Assembly (NCBI GenBank): GCA_015660915.1
Contig: JACTTZ010000005.1
Span: forward strand, 29,035 to 93,034
Reading direction: 5' to 3'
From: Methanomicrobia archaeon
GTDB taxonomy: Archaea; Halobacteriota; Bog-38; Methanoflorentales; Methanoflorentaceae
Length of the DNA: 64,000 bases
Shown one piece after another: positions 10,505 through 20,619 of this stretch; position 1 is the stretch's first letter; each line of letters opens with the position of its first letter. A program made the translations under genes and the position numbers. Below the pieces are notes generated by a model. It saw only the letters and a list, made by a program, of their open reading frames with translations, did no database searches and was not told where the DNA came from.

Positions 10505-10987
10505 ATGCAGCGAAGGTTAGACGCAGTACGAACCAATAGCGCGCTCCAAAACCTTTGGACACGACGAGCAATCGCGTTTGTCATCGACTCACTGGTGCTC
10601 CTAATTGTGTTCGTTGTGTTAAACGCAGTGTTGGCAATTGTTTTGTTCCTGCCTTTGTTAGTCCTTAACGTGAACGCGTTTGGCGGATTATTTTCAGGAT
10701 TTTCGGCGGTATTCGGCCTCGTTATCGTTTGGGGGTACTATGTCGCGATGGAAGGGTCAGCAGGTACGACGATCGGCAAGCGGTTTATGGACCTGAAAAT
10801 GAGGTCGCTCAGAGGCAGCATGAGCTATACAAAGGCCTTCGTGAGAAGTTTCACGAAAGCGTGGATTCCTGTGTTCGCGTTTCTGTTCGCATTAGATCTG
10901 ATTATTGGCTTCGTAACCCAAGGAGATCCACGACAGCGGTTCTCGGATACGGTCGCCGACACCGCCGTAGTCCACGCGCGTGCTTGA
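10505..10987 (+). CDS. RDD-family small membrane protein
   Basis: 160 aa; 3-4 predicted TM helices; N-terminal Arg-rich then [10 protein letters not shown]; C-terminal GDPRQRFSD motif. Confidence 0.45.
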   Translation: MQRRLDAVRTNSALQNLWTRRAIAFVIDSLVLLIVFVVLNAVLAIVLFLPLLVLNVNAFGGLFSGFSAVFGLVIVWGYYVAMEGSAGTTIGKRFMDLKMRSLRGSMSYTKAFVRSFTKAWIPVFAFLFALDLIIGFVTQGDPRQRFSDTVADTAVVHARA

Positions 10988-11042
10988 GGTAGCCTACAAA
11001 AGGCGTAAACTGTGGAAGCGCTGCTACTTCGGCGAGGTGATT

Positions 11043-12224
11043 GTGGTGAGCAAAGTTGTGCTTTCATATTCAGGCGGTCTCGACACCTCCGTCTGCATTC
11101 CCATTTTGAGAGAGCGGTATAAATATGACAAGGTCATCACCGTTACGGTTGACGTCGGTCAACCGCAGAGCGATCTGAAAAAAGCAGAGACTCGCGCTGC
11201 AACGCTCAGCGACAAGCATTATACAATCGATTCGAAGGAAGAGTTCGTCGAACAGTACTTGTTTCCGTTGATTAAGGCAAACGGCAGCTACGAAGGGTAT
11301 ACCCTCGGACAAGCCATTGCCCGACCCCTCATCGCAAAGAAAGTGCTTGAGGTGGCCGACCGCGAGGGCGTCTCAGCTATCGCACACGGTTGCACCGGAA
11401 AAGGCAATGACCAGCTGCGATTCGAGGCCATTTTCCGCGCGTCAAAATATAAGATTCGCGCACCGATGCGCGAACTCAATCTCACGCGCTCCGAGGAAAT
11501 TGAATACGCGCTGGAGCAAGGAATTGACGTGTCGACTACTTTTGAAAAACCGTACAGCGTAGACGAAAATCTCTGGTCGCGCTCCATCGAGGGAGGTCGC
11601 CTCGAGGATCCCGCCTGTGTCCCGCCGGAGGACGTCTACAAATGGACGACAGCTCCGACAAAAGCGGAAACCAAGCTCCAGTTGAACCTCGATTTTAAAC
11701 GAGGCGTCCCAGTCTCAATAGATGGAAGGCATTCAAGCGGCTTAGAGCTCATTAGAGAGCTTAACGAAGTAGCAGGCAAACGCGGAATCGGACGGACGGA
11801 CCTTATGGAGGATAGGATCCTCGGCCTCAAGGCCCGAGAGATCTACGAACACCCCGCAGCGACAGTCATTCTAACAGCTCACAAAGATTTAGAGGCGCTT
11901 GTGCTGACACGAAAGGAGCGGAAGTTCAAGGAGCTGGTCGATTCGGCGTGGGCTGAGCTTGCCTACGAAGGCTTGCTCGAGGAGCCACTCTGCGCGGCCC
12001 TTGACGCGTTCATCAACACGACGCAAGAGAGAGTGACGGGTTCAGTCACAATGCTATTGCACAAAGGACTTGCAACCGTCCGCGCTCGCAGTTCGCCCAA
12101 TGCGCTATATTCAGAAGAGCTCGTCTCATTTAACGATAAGTCGCTTGATCAACGCGACGCCGAAGGATTCTCCAAATACCACGGTTTTCAGAGCCGTGCG
12201 TACCGGAAGTTCGTCAAATACTAA
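11043..12224 (+). CDS. argG: Argininosuccinate synthase
   Basis: [15 protein letters not shown]-loop motif. The track ORF begins at 10980, but the conserved N-terminus indicates a GTG start near 11043. Confidence 0.9.
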   Translation: MVSKVVLSYSGGLDTSVCIPILRERYKYDKVITVTVDVGQPQSDLKKAETRAATLSDKHYTIDSKEEFVEQYLFPLIKANGSYEGYTLGQAIARPLIAKKVLEVADREGVSAIAHGCTGKGNDQLRFEAIFRASKYKIRAPMRELNLTRSEEIEYALEQGIDVSTTFEKPYSVDENLWSRSIEGGRLEDPACVPPEDVYKWTTAPTKAETKLQLNLDFKRGVPVSIDGRHSSGLELIRELNEVAGKRGIGRTDLMEDRILGLKAREIYEHPAATVILTAHKDLEALVLTRKERKFKELVDSAWAELAYEGLLEEPLCAALDAFINTTQERVTGSVTMLLHKGLATVRARSSPNALYSEELVSFNDKSLDQRDAEGFSKYHGFQSRAYRKFVKY

Positions 12225-12356
12225 AACAGACACGCTTTGAAGGAGGGAGGGGCATCACGGACGAACCCTTCAAGCAACTAGAGGAATTTGAGCGGTTCTT
12301 CATAATGCCATAGAGCGCTATCGGAGCGTGCTGGAAGAACTAGCGGAGATGTAGCA

Positions 12357-12755
12357 TTGGTCGTGTACTTGACGCTAGAACAAGTGCGAAGCATACACCA
12401 CGCGATGATTCAGGCGATTGAAGGCGAGCATGACACGTGTCTTCACCCTGGCATTTACGAAAATCTCCTTGCGGGCTGCCTCGACCGCCCACAAACGACC
12501 ATTCATAACTATACACCTTACCCGGATATATTCCTGAAAGCCGCTTCGCTACTCGAATGTATCATCAGCACGAATTCGTTCATCGATGGTTCTAAGAGGG
12601 CCGGTTTCCTAGCATGCGATCTCTTCTTGGAGCAGAATGGTTATTACATCGATCCAAAAGCACGAATAAAGAGGTTCTTATTGGCTATTGCACGAAATGA
12701 AGTTGATCTTACGACGATTGCAGATTGGCTTCAACCGAACGCCTTGCAGAGGTAA
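12357..12755 (+). CDS. Fic/Doc (death-on-curing) family protein with a degenerate active-site motif
   Basis: 132 aa; motif NSFIDGSKRAG matches Doc HxFx(D/N)GNKR except His is Asn and N is S. TTG start. No Phd-like partner ORF found upstream. Confidence 0.55.
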   Translation: MVVYLTLEQVRSIHHAMIQAIEGEHDTCLHPGIYENLLAGCLDRPQTTIHNYTPYPDIFLKAASLLECIISTNSFIDGSKRAGFLACDLFLEQNGYYIDPKARIKRFLLAIARNEVDLTTIADWLQPNALQR

Positions 12756-12949
12756 ACAAGGGTCACTTCAAATCCGCGATCTATACCCAAACAGTATTAG
12801 AAAGCGTCTATACTCAATTTAAGTTCTATGGCCTGTTGCGAGCACATATTAGACGCGTTAACGATACGGTAGCCTCGGCCACAGATCGCGCTGCAACGAC
12901 ACCTGCTGGTTTTGCAGGGAGGTAATGGTTGCCCTAAAACCCTCGTCAG

Positions 12950-13540
12950 TTATGGACTCACTGAAGAGCTTCGTGTCCGACTAGTGGTTGGAGTGAGGGT
13001 AGGACTTGCCGTGGGTGTCGGCGAAGGAGTCGGTGAGGGGCTTGGTGTCGGGCTGGGTGATGGCGAAGGTGATGGGCTGGGCGATGGCGAAGGTGATGGG
13101 CTGGGCGAAGGTGATGGCGTCGGGGTTGGGGTTGGTTTTGGAATGACTCGCAGCACACCTTCTCCTCTTGACCCCGCATAATCGGCGTTGCCCTTGTATT
13201 CTGCAAGAATTTGATGCTCTCCGGTCGACAACACCGAGACGTCGCTGACCGAAAGGTTGTGCGCAGCAAAACCAAAATAGGTGGAGCTTTGCCCAAGGGG
13301 CTTGCCATCGAGGTACCAGTAGACGACTTGATTGTCAAGACCCTGTCCGTTCGATGTGTTCAAAATGCAGGAAAGAGAGGTGTTGTAACCGACCATCACC
13401 TCAACCGATCTGACCACGAGCACGGAGTTTGCGAGAGGCGAGGTGTTCTCCTTATTGGTTTGCCCACCTCCCAAACAGCCACACGAAAGCAGCATTATGA
13501 GTATGAGCGAAATTACAGCAGTAGGGACTTTTTGTCGCAT
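12950..13540 (-). CDS. Secreted protein with signal peptide, Ig-like region and C-terminal Pro-Thr/Ser repeat
   Basis: N-terminal hydrophobic signal ([22 protein letters not shown]), central beta-rich region, C-terminal (PS/PT)n tract; no C-terminal TM anchor. Confidence 0.5.
   Translation of the reverse strand: MRQKVPTAVISLILIMLLSCGCLGGGQTNKENTSPLANSVLVVRSVEVMVGYNTSLSCILNTSNGQGLDNQVVYWYLDGKPLGQSSTYFGFAAHNLSVSDVSVLSTGEHQILAEYKGNADYAGSRGEGVLRVIPKPTPTPTPSPSPSPSPSPSPSPSPSPSPSPTPSPSPTPSPTPTASPTLTPTTSRTRSSSVSP
12990..13140. repeat. Degenerate short tandem repeat (ggygakggyga-type) encoding the PT/PS tract
   Basis: Repeated ggcgatggcgaaggtgatgggctgg units visible in the sequence; the opposite frame gives a GDGEG-type ORF (12912..13181). 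Confidence 0.7.
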
Positions 13541-13876
13541 GGATTACGACTCACGCTGTCGTGACGCCTTCGTCCGCCTATCTCGGGCTGAAAATCAATC
13601 AAAAAGCAATTGTTTACTATCTATATATATTGTGTTTGCTGTAGTCGCATTTCGCGCGTTTCCGCAACCAGAAACTATCTAGACTTTACAGGGCAAAAAG
13701 AAGTGGTCCATTTTCTCTACGTGCTCAATCCAGTTTCTCCACGTGTTGTCCACCAAAGAGTTTCGGCTCCTTACAGGGCATTTCGCAGACTTCAACCCCC
13801 GCGCGAACCTAGATTGTCGCTTGCGTTGAATCAAGAGATAGCAGATGCTGCGACTCGCTATTTAAGCTTGTGACAT

Positions 13877-13890
13877 CAAAAAAAGAAAGG
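13877..13890 (-). terminator. Oligo-T tract downstream of the thermosome gene (putative archaeal terminator)
   Basis: Minus-strand reads cctttctttttttg within 60 nt after the thermosome stop. Confidence 0.35.
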
Positions 13891-13936
13891 AAGAGATGAC
13901 TGCAAAGCGCAATCATCAACGGCTCACGGCCGGCCT

Positions 13937-15562
13937 TTAGTACATTTCCGGACCTTCGCCTCCGAGTTCTGGCGTCTCACTGCTAGCGGCGATTATGTCG
14001 TCAATTCTCAAGATCATGTTGGCAGCTTCCGTCGCAGATTCGACCGCATTGAGTTTCACCCGGAGCGGGTCAACTACGTTAAGGGCCAGCATGTCTCGAA
14101 TGTCGCCGTCGACTGATATGCCTGCGTTTCGGTCGCCCGATTCGTGAGCGCTGCGAAGCTCGACAAGTTTGTCGAGTGGATCCCCTCCTGTATTTTCAAT
14201 AAGCGTTTTTGGAATGATCTCCATGGCATTCGCAAAAGCGCGAACGGATAGTTGCTCACGTCCTCCAAAAGTCGTCGCGTAGTCGCGCAGTCCCATTGCC
14301 AGTTCAGTCTCGGGAGCACCACCGCCAGCTACTACTTGGTTGTTCTCAAGGGTCAAAGAGACCACTTTTAGGGCGTCGTTGACTGCTCGGTCCATTTCAT
14401 CGACAACGTGTTCGATGCTACCGCGGAGCAGTATGGAAACTGCTTTGGGATTTTTACTGTTTTCAACGAAGATCATCTCGTTGTCACCGACTTTTCGCTC
14501 TTGCACCAAACCTGCGTAGCCGAGTTGAGAGATGTCCTCCAACGTGTCGGTGATCTTACCCCCAGTCGCCTTTTCGAGACGTTTCATGTCGCTCTTCTTG
14601 ACGCGCCGTCCCGCTAGGATGCCCGCTTTCGCAAGATAATGCTGGACGAGATCGTCGATCCCTTTTTGGCAAAAAACAACGTTTGCGCCGCTCGCAATTA
14701 TCTTGTCGGCAATTGCTTCGAGCCTCCGCTCTTCCTCGTCCCAGAATGACTGCATTTGCCCAGGATCGTTGATCTCGATCTTCGCGTCGATCTCCGTCTT
14801 TTCAATCTCCAACCCCACGTTGAGAAGAGCTATCTTGGCGTCTTTCACCGTCGTGGGCATAAGCGGGTGGACTTTCTCCTTGTCAATTATAAGGCCGTGG
14901 ACGAGTTTTGAGTCGTCGACAGATGCTCCGTAGCGACGAACCACGCTGATATCGTCCGGATCAACGGTCTTCTTTCCGTCCACGTCTTCAGCGACGAGCT
15001 GCACTGCTTCGACAACGATGTCAGCCATCTTGGTGAGCATCATCTCAGCACCCTTTCCGGTGATAGCCGTCATCGCAACATGCTTCAGCGTGGTATCATC
15101 GCCCGCAAAAGCCATTTCATTGAGTAAGTCGGCAGCCTTACGCGCTGCTAAGGTGAATCCCGCAGCAATTACGGTAGGATGCACGTCTTCACCTAAAAGC
15201 TCCTCCGATTCCCGCAAGAGTTCTCCAACAAGCACTGCGGCAGTTGTCGTCCCGTCGCCGACTTCGTCGTCCTGAGCCTTAGCAACCTCGACTACCATTT
15301 TTGCGGCTGGATGTTCGATGTCCATCTCTTTCAAGATAGTTGCTCCGTCGTTGGTGATGACGACGTCCCCGATGCTATCGACGAGCATTTTGTCCATCCC
15401 TTTGGGGCCGAGCGTCGTTCGTACTGCATTCGCTACCGCGCGAGCAGCTTCAATATTCATGGTTTGGGCTTCCTCTCCTCGCGTTCGAGTGGCGCCCTCC
15501 TTGAGTATCAAAATCGGCTGTCCGCCCGCATTAACTAGCTGTCCCGTAGTTCGTCCTGGCAT
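13937..15562 (-). CDS. ths: Thermosome subunit (group II chaperonin)
   Basis: 541 aa; [25 protein letters not shown] motifs; C-terminal GGM-like tail. Confidence 0.95.
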   Translation of the reverse strand: MPGRTTGQLVNAGGQPILILKEGATRTRGEEAQTMNIEAARAVANAVRTTLGPKGMDKMLVDSIGDVVITNDGATILKEMDIEHPAAKMVVEVAKAQDDEVGDGTTTAAVLVGELLRESEELLGEDVHPTVIAAGFTLAARKAADLLNEMAFAGDDTTLKHVAMTAITGKGAEMMLTKMADIVVEAVQLVAEDVDGKKTVDPDDISVVRRYGASVDDSKLVHGLIIDKEKVHPLMPTTVKDAKIALLNVGLEIEKTEIDAKIEINDPGQMQSFWDEEERRLEAIADKIIASGANVVFCQKGIDDLVQHYLAKAGILAGRRVKKSDMKRLEKATGGKITDTLEDISQLGYAGLVQERKVGDNEMIFVENSKNPKAVSILLRGSIEHVVDEMDRAVNDALKVVSLTLENNQVVAGGGAPETELAMGLRDYATTFGGREQLSVRAFANAMEIIPKTLIENTGGDPLDKLVELRSAHESGDRNAGISVDGDIRDMLALNVVDPLRVKLNAVESATEAANMILRIDDIIAASSETPELGGEGPEMY

Positions 15563-15611
15563 AATCTTCCTCCTGTTAAACGTAAGATGACGTGATTACA
15601 TTGCGTGCAGT

Positions 15612-15623
15612 TCTATATAAAAT
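15612..15623 (-). promoter_or_regulatory. TATA-box-like element upstream of the thermosome gene
   Basis: Minus strand attttatataga ~50 nt upstream of the ATG, followed by a GGAGG RBS (aacaggaggaag-ATT-ATG). Confidence 0.4.
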
Positions 15624-15747
15624 CGATGCAAGTCGATGCGAATACACGCCGGTGTTGGCTGAACGCCGCTTGCGACAGGCGCCCGCGTCGCTTCGCCGCG
15701 CCAAAGTAAGCAAAAAAGTCTACGAGGCGTCAACATCCAGCGCGCGA

Positions 15748-16065
15748 TTACTCAGCATCAACTCGTTTCAACTCGCTTATCGTGGCCTTAGGGTGATCGT
15801 GGAGATATAACGCTATTTTCTTTTTATGAATCAGTCTGCAGTCGATGCACGTCCAGACAACGTCACCACGAGAACTCACTATCCACTTACCGAGTTGGGA
15901 ATCCTCACAAGGGTACTTCGGACAATAACAGAAAACACACACTTGTCCTTTAAAATGACAGGGATAGTGGGGGCAATCTTCTCCTTTAGGCAACCCCTCA
16001 GGTTCGCTCAAGTGCTCCCGTCTCTTGCGGTCTTCAGGATACTCTTCCTCTTCTATATGTTCCAT
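15748..16065 (-). CDS. Small cysteine-rich protein (CPxCG/CxxC-type, putative metal-binding)
   Basis: 105 aa with about 12 Cys (CPHYPCHFKGQVCVFCYCPKYPC...CIDC); acidic N-terminus. Confidence 0.5.
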   Translation of the reverse strand: MEHIEEEEYPEDRKRREHLSEPEGLPKGEDCPHYPCHFKGQVCVFCYCPKYPCEDSQLGKWIVSSRGDVVWTCIDCRLIHKKKIALYLHDHPKATISELKRVDAE

Positions 16066-16213
16066 TTCTTCCTGCGAGAGCGGCGTCGGCCGTGAATCGC
16101 GCTAACATACCTGTCATCTATCACGCAGCGCTGCGTCTCTTCACTAAGACGTGCCACGCCTATTTATGAGCTACGACAATCGGGCTAAATGCCGTCACAT
16201 ATTCAACTATTGA

Positions 16214-16225
16214 TTTATATTATAA
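16214..16225 (+). promoter_or_regulatory. TATA-box-like element upstream of the AhpD-like gene
   Basis: tttatattataa ~30 nt upstream of the ATG at 16253; gaggt SD-like element 7 nt before the ATG. Confidence 0.35.
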
Positions 16226-16252
16226 CATTTATGAGTATTTTGAGGTTGAAAC

Positions 16253-16630
16253 ATGCCTATTGGAGATGTAGAACTTAAAGAACTCAGAAAAGACATGGGA
16301 TTCTCGCCGGCACTTTTGAAGCTCGTTTATGAGTCGCATCCGAAGATGTTTGACGTCATCTATAACATGGATAAAACGCTTTTGAGCGACGGAGCGATTT
16401 CAGCCAAAACAAAGAGACTAATCGCCCTTGCAGTCGTTTCTGCAATGGGCTGCGAAGCGTGCGCAACCGCACAGATGAAGGCCGCGATGAACATGGGCGC
16501 TTCGCGCGAGGAGGTATTAGACACGCTGGGGGTCCTTGTGGTAACGGCAGGCATGCCAGCTGTCGCAACGGCTCGTGAAGCACTCAGAAAGTGCTGCGAA
16601 CTTCCCGAAGAAGACTGGGGCGGAGAGTAG
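16253..16630 (+). CDS. Carboxymuconolactone decarboxylase (AhpD-like) family protein
   Basis: 125 aa; CMD-family pattern (LAVVSAMGCEACATAQ, KAAMNMGASREEVLDTL). Confidence 0.75.
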   Translation: MPIGDVELKELRKDMGFSPALLKLVYESHPKMFDVIYNMDKTLLSDGAISAKTKRLIALAVVSAMGCEACATAQMKAAMNMGASREEVLDTLGVLVVTAGMPAVATAREALRKCCELPEEDWGGE

Positions 16631-16665
16631 ACCGACTGCGCTCACATCTTCCGAGCAAACAAATG

Positions 16666-16708
16666 TTGCTTGATGCGTCTCTCTGAGCGTGCATCAAGCA
16701 AATATTTT
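16666..16708 (+). terminator. Hairpin plus T-tract downstream of the AhpD-like gene
   Basis: ttgcttgatgc-(14 nt loop)-gcatcaagcaa, an 11-bp stem, followed by atatttt. Confidence 0.45.
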
Positions 16709-17108
16709 AATAATTCTATTCTTATAATAATACATGAAGTTCTTTTAGAGTGCTCTGCGAAACAGCCCTCATTTTTCTAGTCTTCGAACCGAACCAACAA
16801 AAATGCGTCGGCGATATTTTCGCGGAGCGTTTGGCAGTTTGGCAGGTCGATAAAATGACTGAAGAGATTAACAAAAGCACGACTCCTGAAAAATCCTTGA
16901 GAGGGGGAAAGAGTCTTCTGAGCTTATATACGGTCGTCTCTACAGAGAGAATCGCCTGAGAGACCGGATACCCCGCTTTTTTTATCAATAATGAAACCGA
17001 CAACCTTTCAAACAAACAGGAAAACTAAGTGGCGAATAGTTAAGGTAGCTCATTCTATCACAATTGAACTTTATATATACATTTACAACGCACCTAGTGG
17101 TGTTGACC

Positions 17109-18002
17109 ATGTCCGATGAAATGAGAATTGCAGATGTCGCAGGTAGTAAAGTCCAGTGGGACCCGTCACAGATGCGCAAGATCCAGGAACACCCCTGCTT
17201 TTCTGAAAAAGCGTGCCACACCTTCGGGCGGTGTCATGTTCCGGTAGCGCCCAAATGCAATATCCAGTGCAACTACTGTATTCGTGACTTTGACTGTGTG
17301 AACGAGAGCCGCCCCGGCGTAACAACAAAAGTACTCAATCCTGATGAAGCTATGGATTTGATCAAAAAAGCGCTTGACAAATATGAGTACATTAAGGTCA
17401 TAGGGATCGCCGGGCCGGGTGAGCCGCTCGCAAATGAAGAGACCTTTGAAACGCTTCGTCGTCTTCATGAGCAGTACCCCAATGTCATCAAGTGCCTCAG
17501 TACAAACGGACTATTGCTCCCAGATAAAATCGACCTGCTCCAGAAATATGATGTGGGTAATATCACGGTCACCCTTAACGCCATTGACCCGGAGATCGGC
17601 GCAAAGATCTACCAGTTTGTTAATTACGAGGGCAAACACTATACGGGGATCAAAGGTGCAAAAATTCTCCTCTCCCAGCAGTTAAAAGGCATTGAAGAAG
17701 CGGTAAAGCGGCATATGATCGTCAAAATTAATACGGTCTATATTCCAGGCATCAACGACAAACATATTCCGGAGATTGCGAAAAAGGTAGCCGAAATGGG
17801 TGTGTATACTTTCAACGTTATCCCCCTCATTGCACAATACAAGTTTGCCAATATAACGCCGCCAACAATGGAGATGAAGCGTAAGATGCAGGATGAATGT
17901 ACAAAATACGTGAAACAGATGCGCCATTGCCAGCGGTGCCGGGCAGATGCAATCGGAAAACTTGGAGAGGATATTCAGTCCTGCTTATACGAAAAAACAT
18001 AA
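17109..18002 (+). CDS. NifB-type radical SAM protein (single-domain archaeal NifB-like)
   Basis: CNIQCNYC radical SAM cluster motif identical to the NifB signature; HPCFS...AC upstream motif; ~298 aa from the MSDEMRIADV start (the track ORF starts 45 nt earlier). Confidence 0.75.
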   Translation: MSDEMRIADVAGSKVQWDPSQMRKIQEHPCFSEKACHTFGRCHVPVAPKCNIQCNYCIRDFDCVNESRPGVTTKVLNPDEAMDLIKKALDKYEYIKVIGIAGPGEPLANEETFETLRRLHEQYPNVIKCLSTNGLLLPDKIDLLQKYDVGNITVTLNAIDPEIGAKIYQFVNYEGKHYTGIKGAKILLSQQLKGIEEAVKRHMIVKINTVYIPGINDKHIPEIAKKVAEMGVYTFNVIPLIAQYKFANITPPTMEMKRKMQDECTKYVKQMRHCQRCRADAIGKLGEDIQSCLYEKT

Positions 18003-18297
18003 TACTTTTTTTTAAAAAGAATTACAGCGCAAGTGTCCCGTTTTGAGACAAAGAAAAAGCAACCGGAACCATAATCGCGGCAAATTTGCACCCGGACTGG
18101 ATGTTGATCCTACTCTGTCAGTCATAGCAAGGACCGACGCGAGAGGCATTCCAGGGCGTAAGCGAGGGTATCAAGACCTTCTGCGATGCCCCGCCGGTGG
18201 GTAATCTCGGTATGCCAGATTTCGCAGTAGCTCGTTTGTTCAACGCGATCGCGCTTTTCGCTCAGAAAAGTTGATCTCCCCACCCATCCTTCTATAA

Positions 18298-19083
18298 GTG
18301 GTGTCTTCGATGTTTGCCCAAATAGAACTCAGTGCTGGCCTTGGGGTAGCGATTGTAATCGTTTTAGCAGTAGCTTTTTATCTGCTCTCCGGGCTTCGTG
18401 TGATCTACCAATACGAGCGCGGTGTTAAATTCACCTTCGGATCATTTAGAACCGTCTATCCCCCGGGATTGCGGTACATATTTCCAGCTTTTCAATCGGT
18501 CAAGAAAGTAGACTTGCGCGTAAACACCTTAGACATTCCGCGGCAGGAGGTCATCACGAAAGACAACGTTTCATGCAAGATCAACGCGGTGATCTTCTAC
18601 AAGGTCGTGGAGGCAGAAAAAGCCGTAATCGAAATAAGCAACTACGGCTATGCGATAAACCAGCTCGCGCAGTCGAGTCTACGAGACGTCGTCGGAACGG
18701 CCGAACTCGATACGGTCCTCGCTCGACGTGACGAGCTGGGCGAAAGAATTCGCAAGTTTGTTGACGAGTTCACGATGCCGTGGGGGATTCATGTTCTTTC
18801 AGTCGAGCTCAAGGACGTCGAGCTTCCCGAAGAGATGAAGCGTTCGATGGCCGCGCAAGCCGAAGCCGAACGAGATAGGCGTGCGCGCATCACGCTCGCA
18901 GAAGGTGAAGCGATGGCAGCAGATCGGCTGCTCGAAGCGGCCCAAACCATCGAAAAGTCGCCTACGGCTTTGCAGCTTCGACTCTATCAAGCCATGGTTA
19001 GAATCGGCGAAGAGAACAACTCTGTCATTGTGTTTCCTGTGCCAATAGAAATCCTCAGCATGTTTCAAAAACAGAAAGAGTGA
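18298..19083 (+). CDS. SPFH/band-7 (stomatin-like) membrane protein
   Basis: N-terminal TM, YERGVKFTFG, EAERDRRARI coiled region typical of stomatin/prohibitin homologues. Confidence 0.85.
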   Translation: MVSSMFAQIELSAGLGVAIVIVLAVAFYLLSGLRVIYQYERGVKFTFGSFRTVYPPGLRYIFPAFQSVKKVDLRVNTLDIPRQEVITKDNVSCKINAVIFYKVVEAEKAVIEISNYGYAINQLAQSSLRDVVGTAELDTVLARRDELGERIRKFVDEFTMPWGIHVLSVELKDVELPEEMKRSMAAQAEAERDRRARITLAEGEAMAADRLLEAAQTIEKSPTALQLRLYQAMVRIGEENNSVIVFPVPIEILSMFQKQKE

Positions 19084-19302
19084 CGGCAGGCTAGACGAAC
19101 GCGCTCAAAAGGGACTTGTCACCATCCTTTTAGTGTAGATAAAAAACCGTCTGATGAGGCTCATTCACGCTTTCAACGATTTTTAGATCAAAAAAGGTTA
19201 AAAAGAGCCTGAAAAACAATTTTTTTTAAAAAAAATGAGCGTTCAGCTAGGCGTTCAACCAATAGAAAACTATTAGTTATTATATCTATATTTAATACTT
19301 CT

Positions 19303-19869
19303 ATGAAATCGAAAGTCGCCATCCTCCTTGCTATGGCCGTAATCGCTAGTGTCTTCGCTGCCGGCTGCACTTCGAGCACGAATCAGAGCGCATCGCAATC
19401 AACTTCTGGCAGCATAAGCCACGATACTGTGCTCCAAGCCGTCATCAGCGACGATCTACAAGCATACAATAGCTCGCAATGGGTTCGGACGTTGAACCAA
19501 TCTGTCCAATGGGTCAACGCCACAACCGCGATGGTGACCTACAGAACAAGCGGCCAGAATGTAAGCCTCAATTATACGGCAACGTACACACGGTTCGGAT
19601 CCATTTCCAAAGCAAGCGATTATGTAAGTTCCATCAATCAAGGTTACAACGCTTCCGGCGCCGCGCAGCTGATTGGTTTCCCAGCTCTGACAACCGCGAG
19701 CTCATCTAATGATCATAAGAGCTATTTTAATGTCACTCAAAGAATGCCAAGCACGAATTCATTCATAAAAATGGAGCGCGACTCGCCAACGGCCCCCGCA
19801 AGTTACATAATCCAGGTTGACGACGTCGTGATAACGTTTAACGCAACCCTCAACAGAGCCGCATCGTGA
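19303..19869 (+). CDS. Putative lipoprotein or secreted protein
   Basis: Signal peptide with lipobox-like AAGC (MKSKVAILLAMAVIASVFAAGCTSS); Ser/Thr/Asn-rich mature part. Confidence 0.5.
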   Translation: MKSKVAILLAMAVIASVFAAGCTSSTNQSASQSTSGSISHDTVLQAVISDDLQAYNSSQWVRTLNQSVQWVNATTAMVTYRTSGQNVSLNYTATYTRFGSISKASDYVSSINQGYNASGAAQLIGFPALTTASSSNDHKSYFNVTQRMPSTNSFIKMERDSPTAPASYIIQVDDVVITFNATLNRAAS

Positions 19870-20074
19870 GAAACTGGCCATGACTTTCGCTGAAACTAGC
19901 GAAACGCTGAAAAGGCGTATTCATCAGCCTTCAGTTTCACTTCCGGCATTGGAAAAGCCGGTGCATATGCGGGCTTGTAGATCGCGCAAGTCTTCATTTT
20001 GCCGAGACTTTTTAATTGCCTCACTACACAATCAGTACGTCTCACGGCTAACGGATTTCTCGTTATCACTGTGA

Positions 20075-20311
20075 TTGAGAGAGACGAACAAGAAAATGAA
20101 ACCTACTAACACCAAAAGAAAAGAAGGTTTCATTACAGACTCGTACGCTCCTTTAAACATATTAGCAATGAGTCAAGACGACGAACGAGTCGTACTGTCT
20201 GCTCAAGATTTTGAGAAGTTGCTCGCGTGTAGGGATGTAGTCTTGTTTGCGTTGCATAGCAAGAAGGACGTGCCATACAGTCTTGTTGAAAAGGTGATGT
20301 CGAGCTTTTAG
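20075..20311 (+). CDS. Small hypothetical protein
   Basis: 78-aa ORF in an otherwise ORF-poor intergenic stretch; no recognisable motif. Confidence 0.2.
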   Translation: MRETNKKMKPTNTKRKEGFITDSYAPLNILAMSQDDERVVLSAQDFEKLLACRDVVLFALHSKKDVPYSLVEKVMSSF

Positions 20312-20619
20312 CTAACACGGTCACTCGCAACCCCGCAAACGGGCACCTTAGGATACGCTGCGTGGACTGTCTTGAAGCAACGCGAAGCAGACGTTTAATT
20401 CACTCACACCACACACGACGGTAAAAGACTAACGCTTCGCGCTGAGCGAAGAACCCAGCATATAACCGCTGACTGTTCAAAACTCCGTCCAAACCACGAT
20501 CTGCACGAGCACAAAATCGATATCTTTAACTGTGTGTGAAGGATCCAACAATTATGGCAACGTTGAAATAAAAGGCCTTTTGTTCTTTTCTTGGGCCAAT
20601 TTATTTCAAGGAAAGCGTC

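Noticed and set aside
12763-12780. TTCAAATCC T-loop-like motif (possible tRNA)
   Set aside because: The flanks cannot form a T-stem or acceptor stem. The same applies to the gtttcgaacc at 51371 and ggttcaaat at 25031 (minus). No further tRNA could be supported by eye. Intron-containing archaeal tRNAs cannot be excluded without tRNAscan-SE.
12912-13181. Plus-strand [16 protein letters not shown]
   Set aside because: It is a mirror-frame artefact of the low-complexity repeat that encodes the PT/PS tract on the minus strand.
19150-19216. Possible C/D-box sRNA (TGATGA ... CTGA about 60 nt apart) in the stomatin/lipoprotein intergenic region
   Set aside because: There is no convincing D' and C' boxes, no terminal stem, and the AT-rich context makes chance matches likely.
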